Source of the DNA: Trypanosoma brucei
Taxonomy: Eukaryota
DNA length: 64,000 bases
Assembly (NCBI GenBank): GCA_000002445.1
Contig: CM000208.1
Coordinates: 2,688,001-2,752,000, forward strand
Direction of reading: 5' to 3'
Shown: piece by piece, positions 11,201-20,675 of the stretch
Numbering within the stretch: the first letter of the stretch is position 1
Layout of the letters: every line of letters starts with the position of its first letter
The notes under the pieces: generated by a model
Told to the model about the DNA's origin: nothing
What the model saw: only the letters and a program-made list of their open reading frames with translations
The model's database searches: none
Translations under genes and position numbers: made by a program

Positions 11201-12412
11201 CATGAATCGGCGTCGCTATCTTCGGCAGAACAAGGATCACCGTCTGAATTATCCTGCACTCCTGAGCAGTACGACGGTTTACACCTGGCATCCAAGCGGT
11301 TGCGGAAGGAAATTGCCGAGCTTGAGCGTCAAATGGACGTTGAGGGAGATGAGGATGACATGACGCTTATGGCGGTTCTCGCGGTTTCGAGGGCCGAACT
11401 GGAGGAGTTAGATGAATTTATCCGCATGGTACAACTTAAGGAACCGTGGGCCACAGCGCGTGACAGAGCTCGAAGGGAAGAGGAGATGAAGGAGGCGAAA
11501 AGCAGGGGTGACTCGCCCTGCGATATACAGGAAAAAATAAGTGACATCCGCTTCCAGATTACCTTGATGGAGAAGCGGCTTCAGCATGCCACGGAGCGTC
11601 GGGTGATAACGAAACTCGAACAGGGAATCATCAATGGGAGACGAGAAATTAATCGTCTGCGGGTGGAACAGGACCGGCTGCGCCGTTCGGGGAGGCCGGC
11701 GGATGCTGGTGGCATTCAGGTTCCCCCCTTCGTAAGTGTTGCAGAAGCATTGGCTGAGGCCGAGGCCGAAGATATCGAAGCTTCCGCCGTTGCCGACGAC
11801 GATCTCTATCGTGAGGCACTGGAGGCTCCCGTTGGGGCGCATGGATCTGATAATGTTGCTTCTGTTGGTGGAATGAACCGCCCGCAACCGGGTAATGTTT
11901 TGGACCCCCTTGTCCCCGCCGATCATGTTACGGACTCTGCTAATGACAACTCTGCTGAGTGTGCGGAAAGCACGCCACAAGAGGATGAGAGGGAGCTGCA
12001 GCAGCTAATGGTTCGGTTGAAGGCAGTGTTGGCAGATATCAAGCAACTGGAAGGACGCCTTGACGAGCAGGAAGATGGGGATGATGCCGAAGCCATCGCC
12101 AAATCTCTCATTCAGTTACAAGGGAAGTTGCAGCAGCTCCTCGAAATGCGCGAAACGCTTAGGAAGCGCACGGAACGGGTGTCTTCGAGAGGGAAATCAG
12201 ATTTTCGGGGGCCTGCTTTTGACGAATCTGAGGAGGCGACTACGACGCCAACGCCAGCTGTTTTGACCCCGTTGTCCGGTCGGCCAATTTCAGGTTATGC
12301 ATTATATAAAGACGTCGGAGCCGTGCGTTCAGGTTCAGAAGAGTTTAAGCAAAGCGGTGCCGCGGGAGGGAAGAAGCAACAGAGGGTGAAGTCAAGAAAG
12401 GTCCGCAACTAA
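8252..12412 (+). CDS. large (1386 aa) hypothetical protein with highly charged E/R/K-rich coiled-coil region
   Basis: Track start 8162 is GTG; first ATG at 8252. Uninterrupted ORF. Residues encoded at ~10.6-11.1 kb form an ER/K-rich helix (REKEEALMEEERCRLEKERKDEAIKRMRREEAEARARAMEHELLRKHEERLKLL). Confidence 0.6.
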   Translation: MMRRMTATAVVPLIPRAQSRATSCFTGNGDNRNGNKAGRNDVSKGPYGGRPYDDIVSSVDVDGERLRGSVSCTLKKAQTGPSRSKYVLSDARGGVLRECGTKTEASNELGRENLREENKKEERMLSKIKKKCDVISQPKRKTFILTSNFSNRYAIENDNKNHSDNDEDVTRIYSYNEVEQAGNKCRPRQGDATFSKSSPSPTVGVNSVVKREMMRERRGKEKHCGDSAVLSDAGAVADRGPGWGNATSSENDKITEMQRYEGYVGKRSSGSIVKDADESHLKDNGYEEDDDEFAASSAVSVDKFRRVKNHPFFDDLLRRIEKNAARQRQQIRAAGHYNLDAVNLCVRPLLQLTDYPFTLAELHQMAPFIYPNLLKGSLSDLKACRRLHLFHSADTDVILDWSVEDFLRRRYESIHLSWEPVKIVMMRFGWDHEIMSDRDCLLYLSKFMEYIELAQLELSAGDEKPSAVAIEDPVRTAEQRPIPVSRLLVRRKPSEETEPSVTEAIRLMGTPALWSPSRSKKARTVDKESVEGVFECIQREAADVDGDEGSRLRHGVEVVAPLQQARNPSGRSIRDFSLGKRRATMINDDVPKSFGIAGGKPFDGDNHIYTPESYEALSNAYHKKKVEASLLRRRLLATSSIDCASELQEKLFQVQKDLSRLKDRLEKMRQLRRMEGGDVERHASVEIEGDDHGANARWMERKNCPIPKVAAAGVGVGDEISAGDEPVSVFTGEFEANQLNTSQQRGKNCNVAGDNFEEEGFTTLPVCVAEKGTKRVVQARLSDGREIQSLSSAAIQLKREIELAREKHRREEESLMKKMDEALSTLVKIEMTMKNLAEREKEEALMEEERCRLEKERKDEAIKRMRREEAEARARAMEHELLRKHEERLKLLNMRREKAQQAQRDAELELERQKKEEQEALEAEAELQRKLDEAKSMIWSDKAAGEMPVKDQVVHAVERECTPVFSGDADGEGCCRVASEEMKHESASLSSAEQGSPSELSCTPEQYDGLHLASKRLRKEIAELERQMDVEGDEDDMTLMAVLAVSRAELEELDEFIRMVQLKEPWATARDRARREEEMKEAKSRGDSPCDIQEKISDIRFQITLMEKRLQHATERRVITKLEQGIINGRREINRLRVEQDRLRRSGRPADAGGIQVPPFVSVAEALAEAEAEDIEASAVADDDLYREALEAPVGAHGSDNVASVGGMNRPQPGNVLDPLVPADHVTDSANDNSAECAESTPQEDERELQQLMVRLKAVLADIKQLEGRLDEQEDGDDAEAIAKSLIQLQGKLQQLLEMRETLRKRTERVSSRGKSDFRGPAFDESEEATTTPTPAVLTPLSGRPISGYALYKDVGAVRSGSEEFKQSGAAGGKKQQRVKSRKVRN

Positions 12413-13791
12413 TATGATTGTGCCAGCCGAGGAAGAATGGTCTCCCTGTCACACGAGGGTCAATGTTACATAATAGTGACCAAAAGGTAGATCCTCCGTT
12501 GGGTTCGCGCACGCCTGCGCCCGTATTACGGCCACTGTGTGTGTGTGCGCTGCCAACGCTAAGAGAGAATTGAGGACACAAGTAACGTTAACGTTAGAGG
12601 CAGGGCAGGTGCGTGTAGGTATAAGGTCCAAATAGTTGCAGGTGACAACGTGCGTGCTTTGGTAAGTATACTGCCTTCTTTCCCCCTCACTTTGTTTCTT
12701 TCTCCAGCACTGCTTTGAGAGGGGGGGGGGCGAGGGCACGTGGGATCTGCTGGCCACGACAGTGGGGCCAGTGATGAAGTTGGAGATGGAGGCAAAATTT
12801 GAGTGATTTTACCTAGTGGGCGTTGAGCATAGACAAATGAGCAGTTAAATGCTGTCGTTAATTTCATACTGCTTAGAATAGAACAATTGTATTGGCACCC
12901 CCCTCTAATGTGAACAATCGCGGCGTTGTGGAAGTGACGACGTATGGGAGTCGTGCCTATCCCCAAGGCAGCTTTCCCCCGCTCCTTTGCTCAACTGGGG
13001 GTCACAAGCACTGTCGGTGCTGTTTGAGGGTAGCAATTCTCCGTTTACTTGAGCATTTTTTCCCCTCTCCGCTGTGCACGGGTAAATAGGGGATGGGAGG
13101 TGGTGTAAAAGAAAAGAAAGTGCGTGCGTCCCGATGCATCTACAATGAACACGGAGGTATAGGAGGCAGTGACTGTGTTTTGGAAGGTACAGTAACAAAG
13201 AGCCAAAACATAAGCAATCAATTGAAAAAGGATGCGTTGCCCTGGGGGAAACGGGTCGTGTGTCGGTTCGTCATAGAGTACACACTTTATCCTTCTTTTA
13301 ATCGTTATCTTCTGTAGTGCAATCGTAGGGTGTGAGGTTGGAAGGGAGGAGGGATGAAAGCTAGGTAAAGTTCCCGGAACTACCGACGTGTGAGCACAGA
13401 GAGAGCGTTCTACGAGACATAGAACGAGCTGAAAGCACGATAAGTTTTGTTTGAGATTTTGTTAGTGCTCGCTAACGCTTCCGAACCGCGAGTAGTGTGG
13501 GTTCATCACGTTTGCCTGAGCTTTCCCCGTTCTCAGGGCTGTGGAGGGGCATCTTCCGTGTCGTTTACATTTTTTTCTTTCGTGAGTGCGTGTGTCTGCA
13601 CTTTTTTTAAACCGACTTCTGCTCCGTTTACTCCATTCGTGAAAAAGTCCTTGCCTGGTGCTCCGGGGCGTTTTCCCCTCGTATATCACCTTCCGGCCTC
13701 GAATTGGCTACCGGTGGTGCACGCTGAAGGATTTGTCGTTATTGCCGATCCATGCCCTTTTTTTTTCGTGAGGTCAAAAAAATAGTACGTT

Positions 13792-14253
13792 ATGTTTCGA
13801 GTGACTGGCTTGCAACTTAAGAACCCTGTGGTGTTCAAGCAGGGCCAGGGCATGTTTTCCCATCAGCTCAAGCGGCTGCTGCAGAAGAAGTCGATACACC
13901 GTTACAATTGGGATCCTTTACCGATGTACGATCCTCGCAAGCTCGTGCATGCTAGTCGTCATATGGATGTTGAAACGTGGCGCGAGGTACCCGACCCACA
14001 TTGGGATGAACGGTCTTATTTGGTACCGGATCAGATGTTTTACAACATTCCCGTGCCTCCAGAGTATAAAGATGCGTATTGGTGGAGGGAGCTGCAGGCG
14101 CGGCGCGTGCAGTGCCCAGTGGAGTGGGTGAGTCATCGCATGTACAACAAAGGGGACAGACAACGATACGACTTCCAGGATTTGGCGTTCCGCAAGAAGT
14201 TCGAGTTTTCATATGAAGAGGTAGTGAAGAACGCAAAGGATATGCGAAGTTAG
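13792..14253 (+). CDS. hypothetical protein, possible mitochondrial (MFR.. N-terminus), W-rich
   Basis: ATG ORF of 153 aa. The N-terminus MFRVTG resembles kinetoplastid mitochondrial presequences. Confidence 0.5.
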   Translation: MFRVTGLQLKNPVVFKQGQGMFSHQLKRLLQKKSIHRYNWDPLPMYDPRKLVHASRHMDVETWREVPDPHWDERSYLVPDQMFYNIPVPPEYKDAYWWRELQARRVQCPVEWVSHRMYNKGDRQRYDFQDLAFRKKFEFSYEEVVKNAKDMRS

Positions 14254-14919
14254 TGCTGAGCAATTGGTGTGTACTAGTTCACTTCGCGCCGGTCCGGCGA
14301 GTCTCTCCCTTTACTTTTGCTTGCCGTCGCAAAGGATGGGGAGGGATGGTGGTGGTGCGGTGTAGGAGTGGTAAACGTTCTTTTGTTACGTATCGCTGCG
14401 AGTGCACGTGCCTTTGCTTACGTGATACTATTGGGTCTCTTTTGTTTTGTTGTGCTGAGTGTTTTCGATCTGTTGGCGTCCTCTGTGTGTGCATTTTACT
14501 CCCCATATTGTCTGTGCCTGCTCACCTTCACATGTTAATGTGCGTGTTTGAGTGTAATATTCTTACCTGACAATGTTATCGCGCTGTTGTGCACATAACC
14601 AGTGACCTCATACGAAAAACAAATCCTCTTACTGGCGCTCTTCCACCATGCCTTTGCTTCTCCCTCGCACCTCATCGTCTCTCAGAGCCACTTCCACTAC
14701 GATATCACCCCACGTCGTTGTTCTGATCCGGCAACCGGTGCAGGAGGACGGTAGAAGGGGAACAGGGAGAAAAGGGGCCAGAAACGAGGCAGAAGTGGGT
14801 GCGGGGTGTTCTGCTCTAGAGGAGGTGCTGTATATTACGTCTAATAGGTTGAAGCACAGAGTTGTTCCGCAGGTGGGGGGAAAAAACGGCGTTGGCAACA
14901 GGACGGGACAGAGTACACT

Positions 14920-16953
14920 ATGTCCTCCAAATTAGGGACCGCTTCGGAAAGTACTGGGCGTGGTGGAAGCACTCAAAGATCCTCTGGAACTGCTGTGCCG
15001 GGGTGCTTCTCGCCCCGGCCAACTCACTCACGGAACTTGAGCACGGAAAGCAGCACGTTCCTTAGGGAGACACCATCAAAGGGTGTGGCCGAAACTCCCA
15101 CTGGCAAGCAGCAAGTTTCCTCAGTTTCGAAAGAAGCTGGTGAGAAGTTCAGAAGTACGCGGTCCAAATCACAGACGCTTGATTCCTCCCCCCCATCGCA
15201 CACACGAGTCTCCTCCACAGGTGGGCTTTCCCCCAGTCGGGGGTCGTCCTCTGCGATGTCCAGGGGCAAGGCAGTACGGCGTAGGGAGCGCGCGCTGCGC
15301 CATTCCTCTCCTCTAGAAACGTTGCTCGAGCACCAGCGTTTTAGGTGCTCTTCCTCTGTGAAGGCACTCGAAGGTGCCAGCGCTTCCTCACCCGATGAAA
15401 AGACGCGGGGAGCGGCAACATCTTCACGGGGTTCGTTGGCCGGCTCTCAGATGGGACGCGGAAGGTTTACACTGCTTGAGTCGTATGCGTCCGGGAAACC
15501 GTGGTCTGTGGTTGCCGAGCCACATGGAGACATATGTAGGAATTCGTCACGGAACGTATCGTCTCTCGCGGTGAGTAGTTCGGGGGAGCATGTGGCTTTC
15601 GGTGACCGTTCTGGCCGAGTTTTCGTCATGCAGCAAAGGCGACTGGACGAGGAAAGCGGTGACGTGGAAGGTGGGAGGGAGGACCCCGCAGGTGCCTCTA
15701 CTACTTCTCGTGCCCACCGTCCTTACGAATTTGCCGTGGGTCGTCAAGCCTATACTTCAATTATTGACCCCCTGAACAATGTTGAGGTGACACCCAACAT
15801 TCAAGCCGTATGCTTTCTACCCCAGATAGGAGCTTCGACGTATCTGCTCACTGCAAACGAAAAACTCCCAAAGTTGTATAAGATCGTGAGGGTACGGGAG
15901 TCGCCCTCCTCCTTTTCAGCGGTGGACTGCTTAGGAGGCAACCAAACTTCATCTCTAACGTTGAACCCTCCCCATGGAACTATGGTAAATGCAATGAAGC
16001 AGGTCACTCGATACGCATTGAACCACGAGTACAACATCAATTCACTGTGTCCACAAGCGGATGGGACACAGTTCTTCTCTGCCGATGATTTAACTGTCAA
16101 GTTGTGGTGCGTAGAGTATCCTGAAGCCTCAATTGAGACGTACAGCGTTAAGCCCCCTTGTGATGAAGAGGCACAAGAAATGATTTGTTCCGTTCAAAGC
16201 TTTCCCCACGAACCATTTTTGCTATTTGTGGTAAGTATATCTGGTACAGTTCGTGTTGTGGACACAAGGCAAACAATCAAGTTGCTTCACCGATCTCCGC
16301 TCACTTTCAGAAGCACCTTGCGTGAAAATGACATGACGTACAACAGCATGCTTTTGGATTGCACACTCAGCCCATGTGGGCGTTATGTGGCCGGGCGCGA
16401 TACCACGGGCGTTTGCCTTTGGGACGTCAGGCGTCCTGGAGCATCTGCGGGCGGCTTCCAAGGAGGTTTGGTGTCGTCAAAATTAGCACACAGTGAGGAG
16501 CACGACGTGGTGCAGCGGTGGGAGGTTCATCCGCATCTGCGGCGCGAACTTGACCAGTTCTTCCAGAGCAGTGCTGTTGAGCGGTTCCACCTCCGTTTTT
16601 TGAATTGTCGCGAGATATGCACCGGAGGGTTCGCTAACACACTTCATCTCATTGACATCTTAGACAGTGATGGCGCAGTCATTGACAAAACTTTCACCGC
16701 GCAGCGGTACGGAAATGTAAAGTCGCTTAGGCTTCCCAAATTGCAAGACTCAAGTGATAGAGGACGTGGCTCGTTGCAGGTGTCTTCAGCCAACTCGGTA
16801 TCACTCCCGACAGCTGGTGAGGGAGAAGGGTTATTCAGCACCGCTGTGACACATCTATCGTCCCCTCTTACTTCCCACAATGGTGACTGCTCGATACTGG
16901 CATCTTGTGGTTCAGCTCTATTTCAGATTGGCTATCCCAGCCTCCGCCTGTAA
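14920..16953 (+). CDS. protein phosphatase 2A regulatory subunit B (B55/PR55 family) with long Ser-rich N-terminal extension
   Basis: Recalled similarity to B55 across the WD-propeller: SGEHVAFGDRSGRVFVMQQ ~ SGELLATGDKGGRVVIFQQ; KLYKIV ~ KLWKI; NINSLCPQADGTQFFSADDLTVKLWCVE ~ [28 protein letters not shown]. Confidence 0.85.
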   Translation: MSSKLGTASESTGRGGSTQRSSGTAVPGCFSPRPTHSRNLSTESSTFLRETPSKGVAETPTGKQQVSSVSKEAGEKFRSTRSKSQTLDSSPPSHTRVSSTGGLSPSRGSSSAMSRGKAVRRRERALRHSSPLETLLEHQRFRCSSSVKALEGASASSPDEKTRGAATSSRGSLAGSQMGRGRFTLLESYASGKPWSVVAEPHGDICRNSSRNVSSLAVSSSGEHVAFGDRSGRVFVMQQRRLDEESGDVEGGREDPAGASTTSRAHRPYEFAVGRQAYTSIIDPLNNVEVTPNIQAVCFLPQIGASTYLLTANEKLPKLYKIVRVRESPSSFSAVDCLGGNQTSSLTLNPPHGTMVNAMKQVTRYALNHEYNINSLCPQADGTQFFSADDLTVKLWCVEYPEASIETYSVKPPCDEEAQEMICSVQSFPHEPFLLFVVSISGTVRVVDTRQTIKLLHRSPLTFRSTLRENDMTYNSMLLDCTLSPCGRYVAGRDTTGVCLWDVRRPGASAGGFQGGLVSSKLAHSEEHDVVQRWEVHPHLRRELDQFFQSSAVERFHLRFLNCREICTGGFANTLHLIDILDSDGAVIDKTFTAQRYGNVKSLRLPKLQDSSDRGRGSLQVSSANSVSLPTAGEGEGLFSTAVTHLSSPLTSHNGDCSILASCGSALFQIGYPSLRL

Positions 16954-17305
16954 CCTACGTTCGCGGTAGTTGTTTCCTGTCTCTGACCACGGATGTCACA
17001 GAACCACGCCGTCTTTTTTTCGTTTGCTTAGTATTTTGTTGCTTCCTTTTTGATCTGTTTGGCGCCCTTTGGGGGAACGACACCGACAACATCGGTTCCT
17101 TTATGGCTTTCCTCTTTTTCCCTTTCTTTTGCTTTGAACGGCTGAGCGCGCATCATTTACCGTGCTTGGTTTTACTTGCAATTCTGTATAATACAGGCGA
17201 CCGCAGTATAGAGTTTATCGTTAGGTCTTTCGCAGGAACTTGTTGCAACTGCGTGTTTATTGTTTATCGGCTTGTGTCCCCTGAAGTTTGATTATCCTGT
17301 TAACA

Positions 17306-17309
<4 letters not shown>

Positions 17310-17347
<38 letters not shown>

Positions 17348-17348
17348 G
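17310..17348. repeat. (GT)n microsatellite immediately upstream of the 17378 gene
   Basis: gtgtgt x ~19, directly visible. Confidence 0.95.
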
Positions 17349-17377
17349 ACTAGTTTGTTAGGCAGGAGTCGGGGCGA

Positions 17378-17818
17378 ATGTTTCGTCCCACCACCGCCAT
17401 CGCTGACAGCTTCAAAGAACACTACCACCGCGTGCACCTTCCGAGGCGCTTGGCATTGCAGCGTTACGCACGACAACAGAGCCTCCGAAATGCTGCAAAG
17501 GGGAATGTAAAAGCGGAAGAGGTACCTTACAAGTACAACCGCTGGTGGGTTAATGAGGAGCACGAGTTTGTACACCAGTACGCGTTCGTAGAGGACCCTG
17601 AGGTGACGAAGGCAAAACGGGAGACGCTGCCCCCTGTGACAAGGGAGAACATCTGGAAGGAACCACAGCAAACTTTCTTCTTGCCATTCGCGCCGTATGT
17701 CCGTGTAGTTGACTACCCGAAAGATCCCGATGCAAAGTTCTTAAAGCCAGTTAACATTCCCCGCTGGAAGGATTATATGCAAAGGACCAAACCAGTGATA
17801 CCGCGGACGTGGTACTAG
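17378..17818 (+). CDS. hypothetical protein, possible mitochondrial (MFRPT.. N-terminus)
   Basis: ATG ORF of 146 aa immediately downstream of a (GT)n tract with AG acceptors. N-terminus is presequence-like. Confidence 0.5.
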   Translation: MFRPTTAIADSFKEHYHRVHLPRRLALQRYARQQSLRNAAKGNVKAEEVPYKYNRWWVNEEHEFVHQYAFVEDPEVTKAKRETLPPVTRENIWKEPQQTFFLPFAPYVRVVDYPKDPDAKFLKPVNIPRWKDYMQRTKPVIPRTWY

Positions 17819-18161
17819 TGAGAACTTTGGTTCTGCTGTCGTTTTTTTTTTTTTTTGCGTCGTTGTGTTGCTGTGTGGTTGCGGTCTGCATGTGTTGCTC
17901 AACTTACTGCCTTCGTACGCAGCTTATCCAAGTGCCTCTTTGCCCTGTGTCGAGCACCCAAGAGGAGAGAGGTTCAGTCTTTTCTCTGAATTGTGTTGTT
18001 TACTGGGAACGACGCTGGTAGAACTGGGTGCTGGATGGATGAGGCAACCCCGACTGTGTGCACACCTTTGCATTTGTGCATGCGTTACACCCTTCTTTCG
18101 ATCTGTAATTAATCTTCCCACCGTGCCTTGTTTTGGCTCTCAGTGGTGCATAGAATCAGTA

Positions 18162-19334
18162 ATGGATTTGTCCGGCCTAGTGCCCACCAGTAAAGAACTG
18201 ACGGAGGGGCAAAGGGAACACATCAGGGACCTACAATATGAGATTGACGAGATATGGAATCGCCGTGGTGACTACAAAATTGATTCCTCTGCGTGGGAGC
18301 AGATGCCATTATTCATGGAGAATATTACAGAAGAGGATTTACAGCGTAACGCAGATTGCGCCGCTCTGGCCAGCATCGCGTATGATGACGTCCCACCCGA
18401 GGAGGTCGCCGAGAGTAGGAAACAACACGGCAACAGAGCAATTCAGTTGGCTCTCGACCCGAAGCAAGTGAACAAGGAGAATCTCGCTCGCGCCACTGTT
18501 CACTGCTACACAGAAGGATTAGCTGCCAAGTGTAAAGACCCCGTTCTGAATTCGCAGCTGTATGCGAACAGGAGTTTGGCACAATACATAATCCATAACT
18601 ATGGGCATGGCTTGGAGGATGCTCAGCGTGCCATCATTCTGGATCCAGATTATTACAAGGCATACTATCGTGCCGCTCGATGCGCGGAGCGCATCGGGAA
18701 ATACGATCTCGCACTGGACCTCCTTGCCAAAGGTCGTCGAACGAACCCCGCACCGGTTGGGCGCGCGTTGGAAGACTTCGTTGACATCGAGCGTGTTTGT
18801 CGTGAGGGAAAGGAGAGGGCTGAGTCCAAAAAGAAGAAAGAAAACCTCAGCACGCGTGTGAAAGCGGCGCAGACCTCGAGCACACTTCGCTGTGTTACTT
18901 CCAGTGGTGTTCGCTGTTCGCCCAGAGCCGAGGTATCAAGTGAACAGATGGGGGTGTACGGGCACCACGAGCCCTACTTCGATTCTGAGGGTCTGTTACA
19001 TGTGCCCATACTTTTCATGTATGATGAGTATCAACAGACCGACTTTATGCAAGATGTGAGTTGTGATGTGTGTGTAGGGGAGCTGCTGGACGAGTTGATG
19101 CCCTTTCCATGGGACGACAGGGGACGTTACCAGCGCATTGACGATATTCTCGTCGTTTACAAAATTGATGGTGGTGTAAAGGACCCTAAGTATTACGAAG
19201 TGGACCTTTCGCTGCCGCTTATGGAAGTGTTCCGCTCGGAATCATATCAAATGCCTGCGCTTTTGCCTGTGCTGCACATTATTTGCAAACACTCCGATAT
19301 GTTGACGGAGTGGGATGTTCAGATGTTAAGGTAG
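18162..19334 (+). CDS. TPR protein TTC4 / Cns1-family Hsp90 co-chaperone
   Basis: Recalled similarity to TTC4: WEQMPLFMENITEEDLQRNADCAALASIAYDD ~ VPLFM..ENPDLACLQSIIFDE; TEGLAAKCKDPVLNSQLYANRSLAQY ~ TEGLKKKCADPDLNAVLYTNRAAAQY; C-terminal VPILFMYDEYQQTDF ~ PVLFLYPEYAQSDF. Track ORF 17865 is GTG-initiated. A poly-Y tract plus AG sits at 18091-18160, so 18162 is the likely start. Confidence 0.8.
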   Translation: MDLSGLVPTSKELTEGQREHIRDLQYEIDEIWNRRGDYKIDSSAWEQMPLFMENITEEDLQRNADCAALASIAYDDVPPEEVAESRKQHGNRAIQLALDPKQVNKENLARATVHCYTEGLAAKCKDPVLNSQLYANRSLAQYIIHNYGHGLEDAQRAIILDPDYYKAYYRAARCAERIGKYDLALDLLAKGRRTNPAPVGRALEDFVDIERVCREGKERAESKKKKENLSTRVKAAQTSSTLRCVTSSGVRCSPRAEVSSEQMGVYGHHEPYFDSEGLLHVPILFMYDEYQQTDFMQDVSCDVCVGELLDELMPFPWDDRGRYQRIDDILVVYKIDGGVKDPKYYEVDLSLPLMEVFRSESYQMPALLPVLHIICKHSDMLTEWDVQMLR

Positions 19335-19562
19335 GTGTGGCGGTGGTGGAGTCGTGTTGTGCGAATACACTGCGTTCACGTTTGTGTCCTTTAACTTTCA
19401 CCCTAAAAAATTGTTTTGGAACTTCATTCGAGTGTGGGTGGGCCACGGTGGAGAGGGAAGAACGCAAAGGAGAACAACGGCTGTGTGTAGATGATATTGT
19501 CCCAGCCTTTCCTGCTCGCGTATACGATCTAATAACGCCCATACTTTCGTGTAAATGTGAGT

Positions 19563-19739
19563 GGTTATATTTTCACTTTTCCATTTTTTCCTATGTTCTT
19601 GTGAGGCAATGATTTTGTTCTTTACTGGTTCTTCTTTGTGGCATGACTTATTCTTCTTTCCTTCCAACCTCATTCCTACCGTTGCGTTTAATTTATGCCT
19701 CTCACGTGAAAGATCTAAAGCTCTTCACGTATCACTAAA
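19563..19739 (+). promoter_or_regulatory. poly-pyrimidine tract + AG: putative trans-splice acceptor region for RPL6
   Basis: About 130-nt C/T-rich tract then AGs before the ATG at 19740. Confidence 0.4.
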
Positions 19740-20318
19740 ATGCCCGCTGCCACAAAGAAGGCTGTCGAGAAGAAGGCGAAGAAGGTGAGCCGCAAGAGCC
19801 CCGAATACTCGACGGTGCGCAAGAGTTGCAAGCCCGGGACCATTGCCATCATTCTTGCTGGTCGTTTCCGTGGCCGCCGTGCTGTCATTCTGAAGCAGCT
19901 GCCCAAGAATGGGCCACTGGTGATCTCTGGGCCGATGAAGTACAGCGGTGTTCCTATTCGTCGCATTGACTCGCGCTACATTATTGCGACGTCGACGAGG
20001 GTGGACCTCACGGGTGTCGACACGAGCGCCATCACCCCTGAAATCTTCAAGCGTGAGAAGAAGGAGAAGCGGGTGAAGTCTGAGGGCGAGTTCATGGGTG
20101 ACAAGGACAAGAAGAAGGCGGAGAGCAAGGCGAAGAAGACTTCCAAGGCCGCACCGAAGGGAACCGTCAGCGATGAGCGTGCCCAGCTGCAGAATGCGAT
20201 CGACACTGCGCTTATTCAGGCGATCAAGAAGGATCCACTGGGTAAGGAGATGGCCGGGTACTTGCACTCCGTCTTCACTATCAAGCCGGGTGATGCTCCG
20301 CACCGCCTGAAGTGGTAA
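19740..20318 (+). CDS. RPL6: 60S ribosomal protein L6e
   Basis: KOW-like motif GTIAIILAGRFRGRRAVILKQL, lysine-rich N- and C-termini, 192 aa. Confidence 0.9.
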   Translation: MPAATKKAVEKKAKKVSRKSPEYSTVRKSCKPGTIAIILAGRFRGRRAVILKQLPKNGPLVISGPMKYSGVPIRRIDSRYIIATSTRVDLTGVDTSAITPEIFKREKKEKRVKSEGEFMGDKDKKKAESKAKKTSKAAPKGTVSDERAQLQNAIDTALIQAIKKDPLGKEMAGYLHSVFTIKPGDAPHRLKW

Positions 20319-20675
20319 TGTGATGGGGAGTTGAGCTTTTCGATCAGCACTACGGTGCACTCATTTTTGTTTTTGTTTAATTTTTTTTAAAAAAAACTGT
20401 ACTCTTAAACAAGGGGAAAGAATTGTGGTAAAAGCTGTGTGTGCCCCAGGTTCTTTCGTGTGGCACGTTACTCTTTTGGGTGCACCTTGACACGTTCAAA
20501 ATTTGTACCTGTGCCGAAAGGTAGCTTATACTTCTGTCTTCTCTTCCCTTACCATCTTTTTTTTCCCGTTCGCTTTCGTTACACCTTGCGATGGCAACGG
20601 GAGGAGGTACATAGACTCCCCCAACGGCGCTGCGGTTTTTTTGGTAGTATTTGCGGTGTGTTTTGCGCATGAGCC

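Noticed and set aside
12763-12790. Stretch gtggggccagtgatgaagttggagatgg resembling two parts of the 475-bp unit (gggccagtg junction 9-mer; 17 of 19 match to gctgatgaagttgatatgg around the C box)
   Set aside because: Expected number of such chance matches in 64 kb is not negligible (~0.3). No CUGA D box within 100 nt downstream. Possibly a decayed snoRNA fragment, but not supportable.
17865-18161. GTG/TTG-initiated N-terminal extensions in the ORF track (e.g. 3647, 7099, 8162, 17865, 22481, 30690, 36492, 41270, 48426, 53017)
   Set aside because: The track uses bacterial alternative start codons. Trypanosomatid nuclear genes start at ATG, so the extensions were trimmed to the first in-frame ATG.
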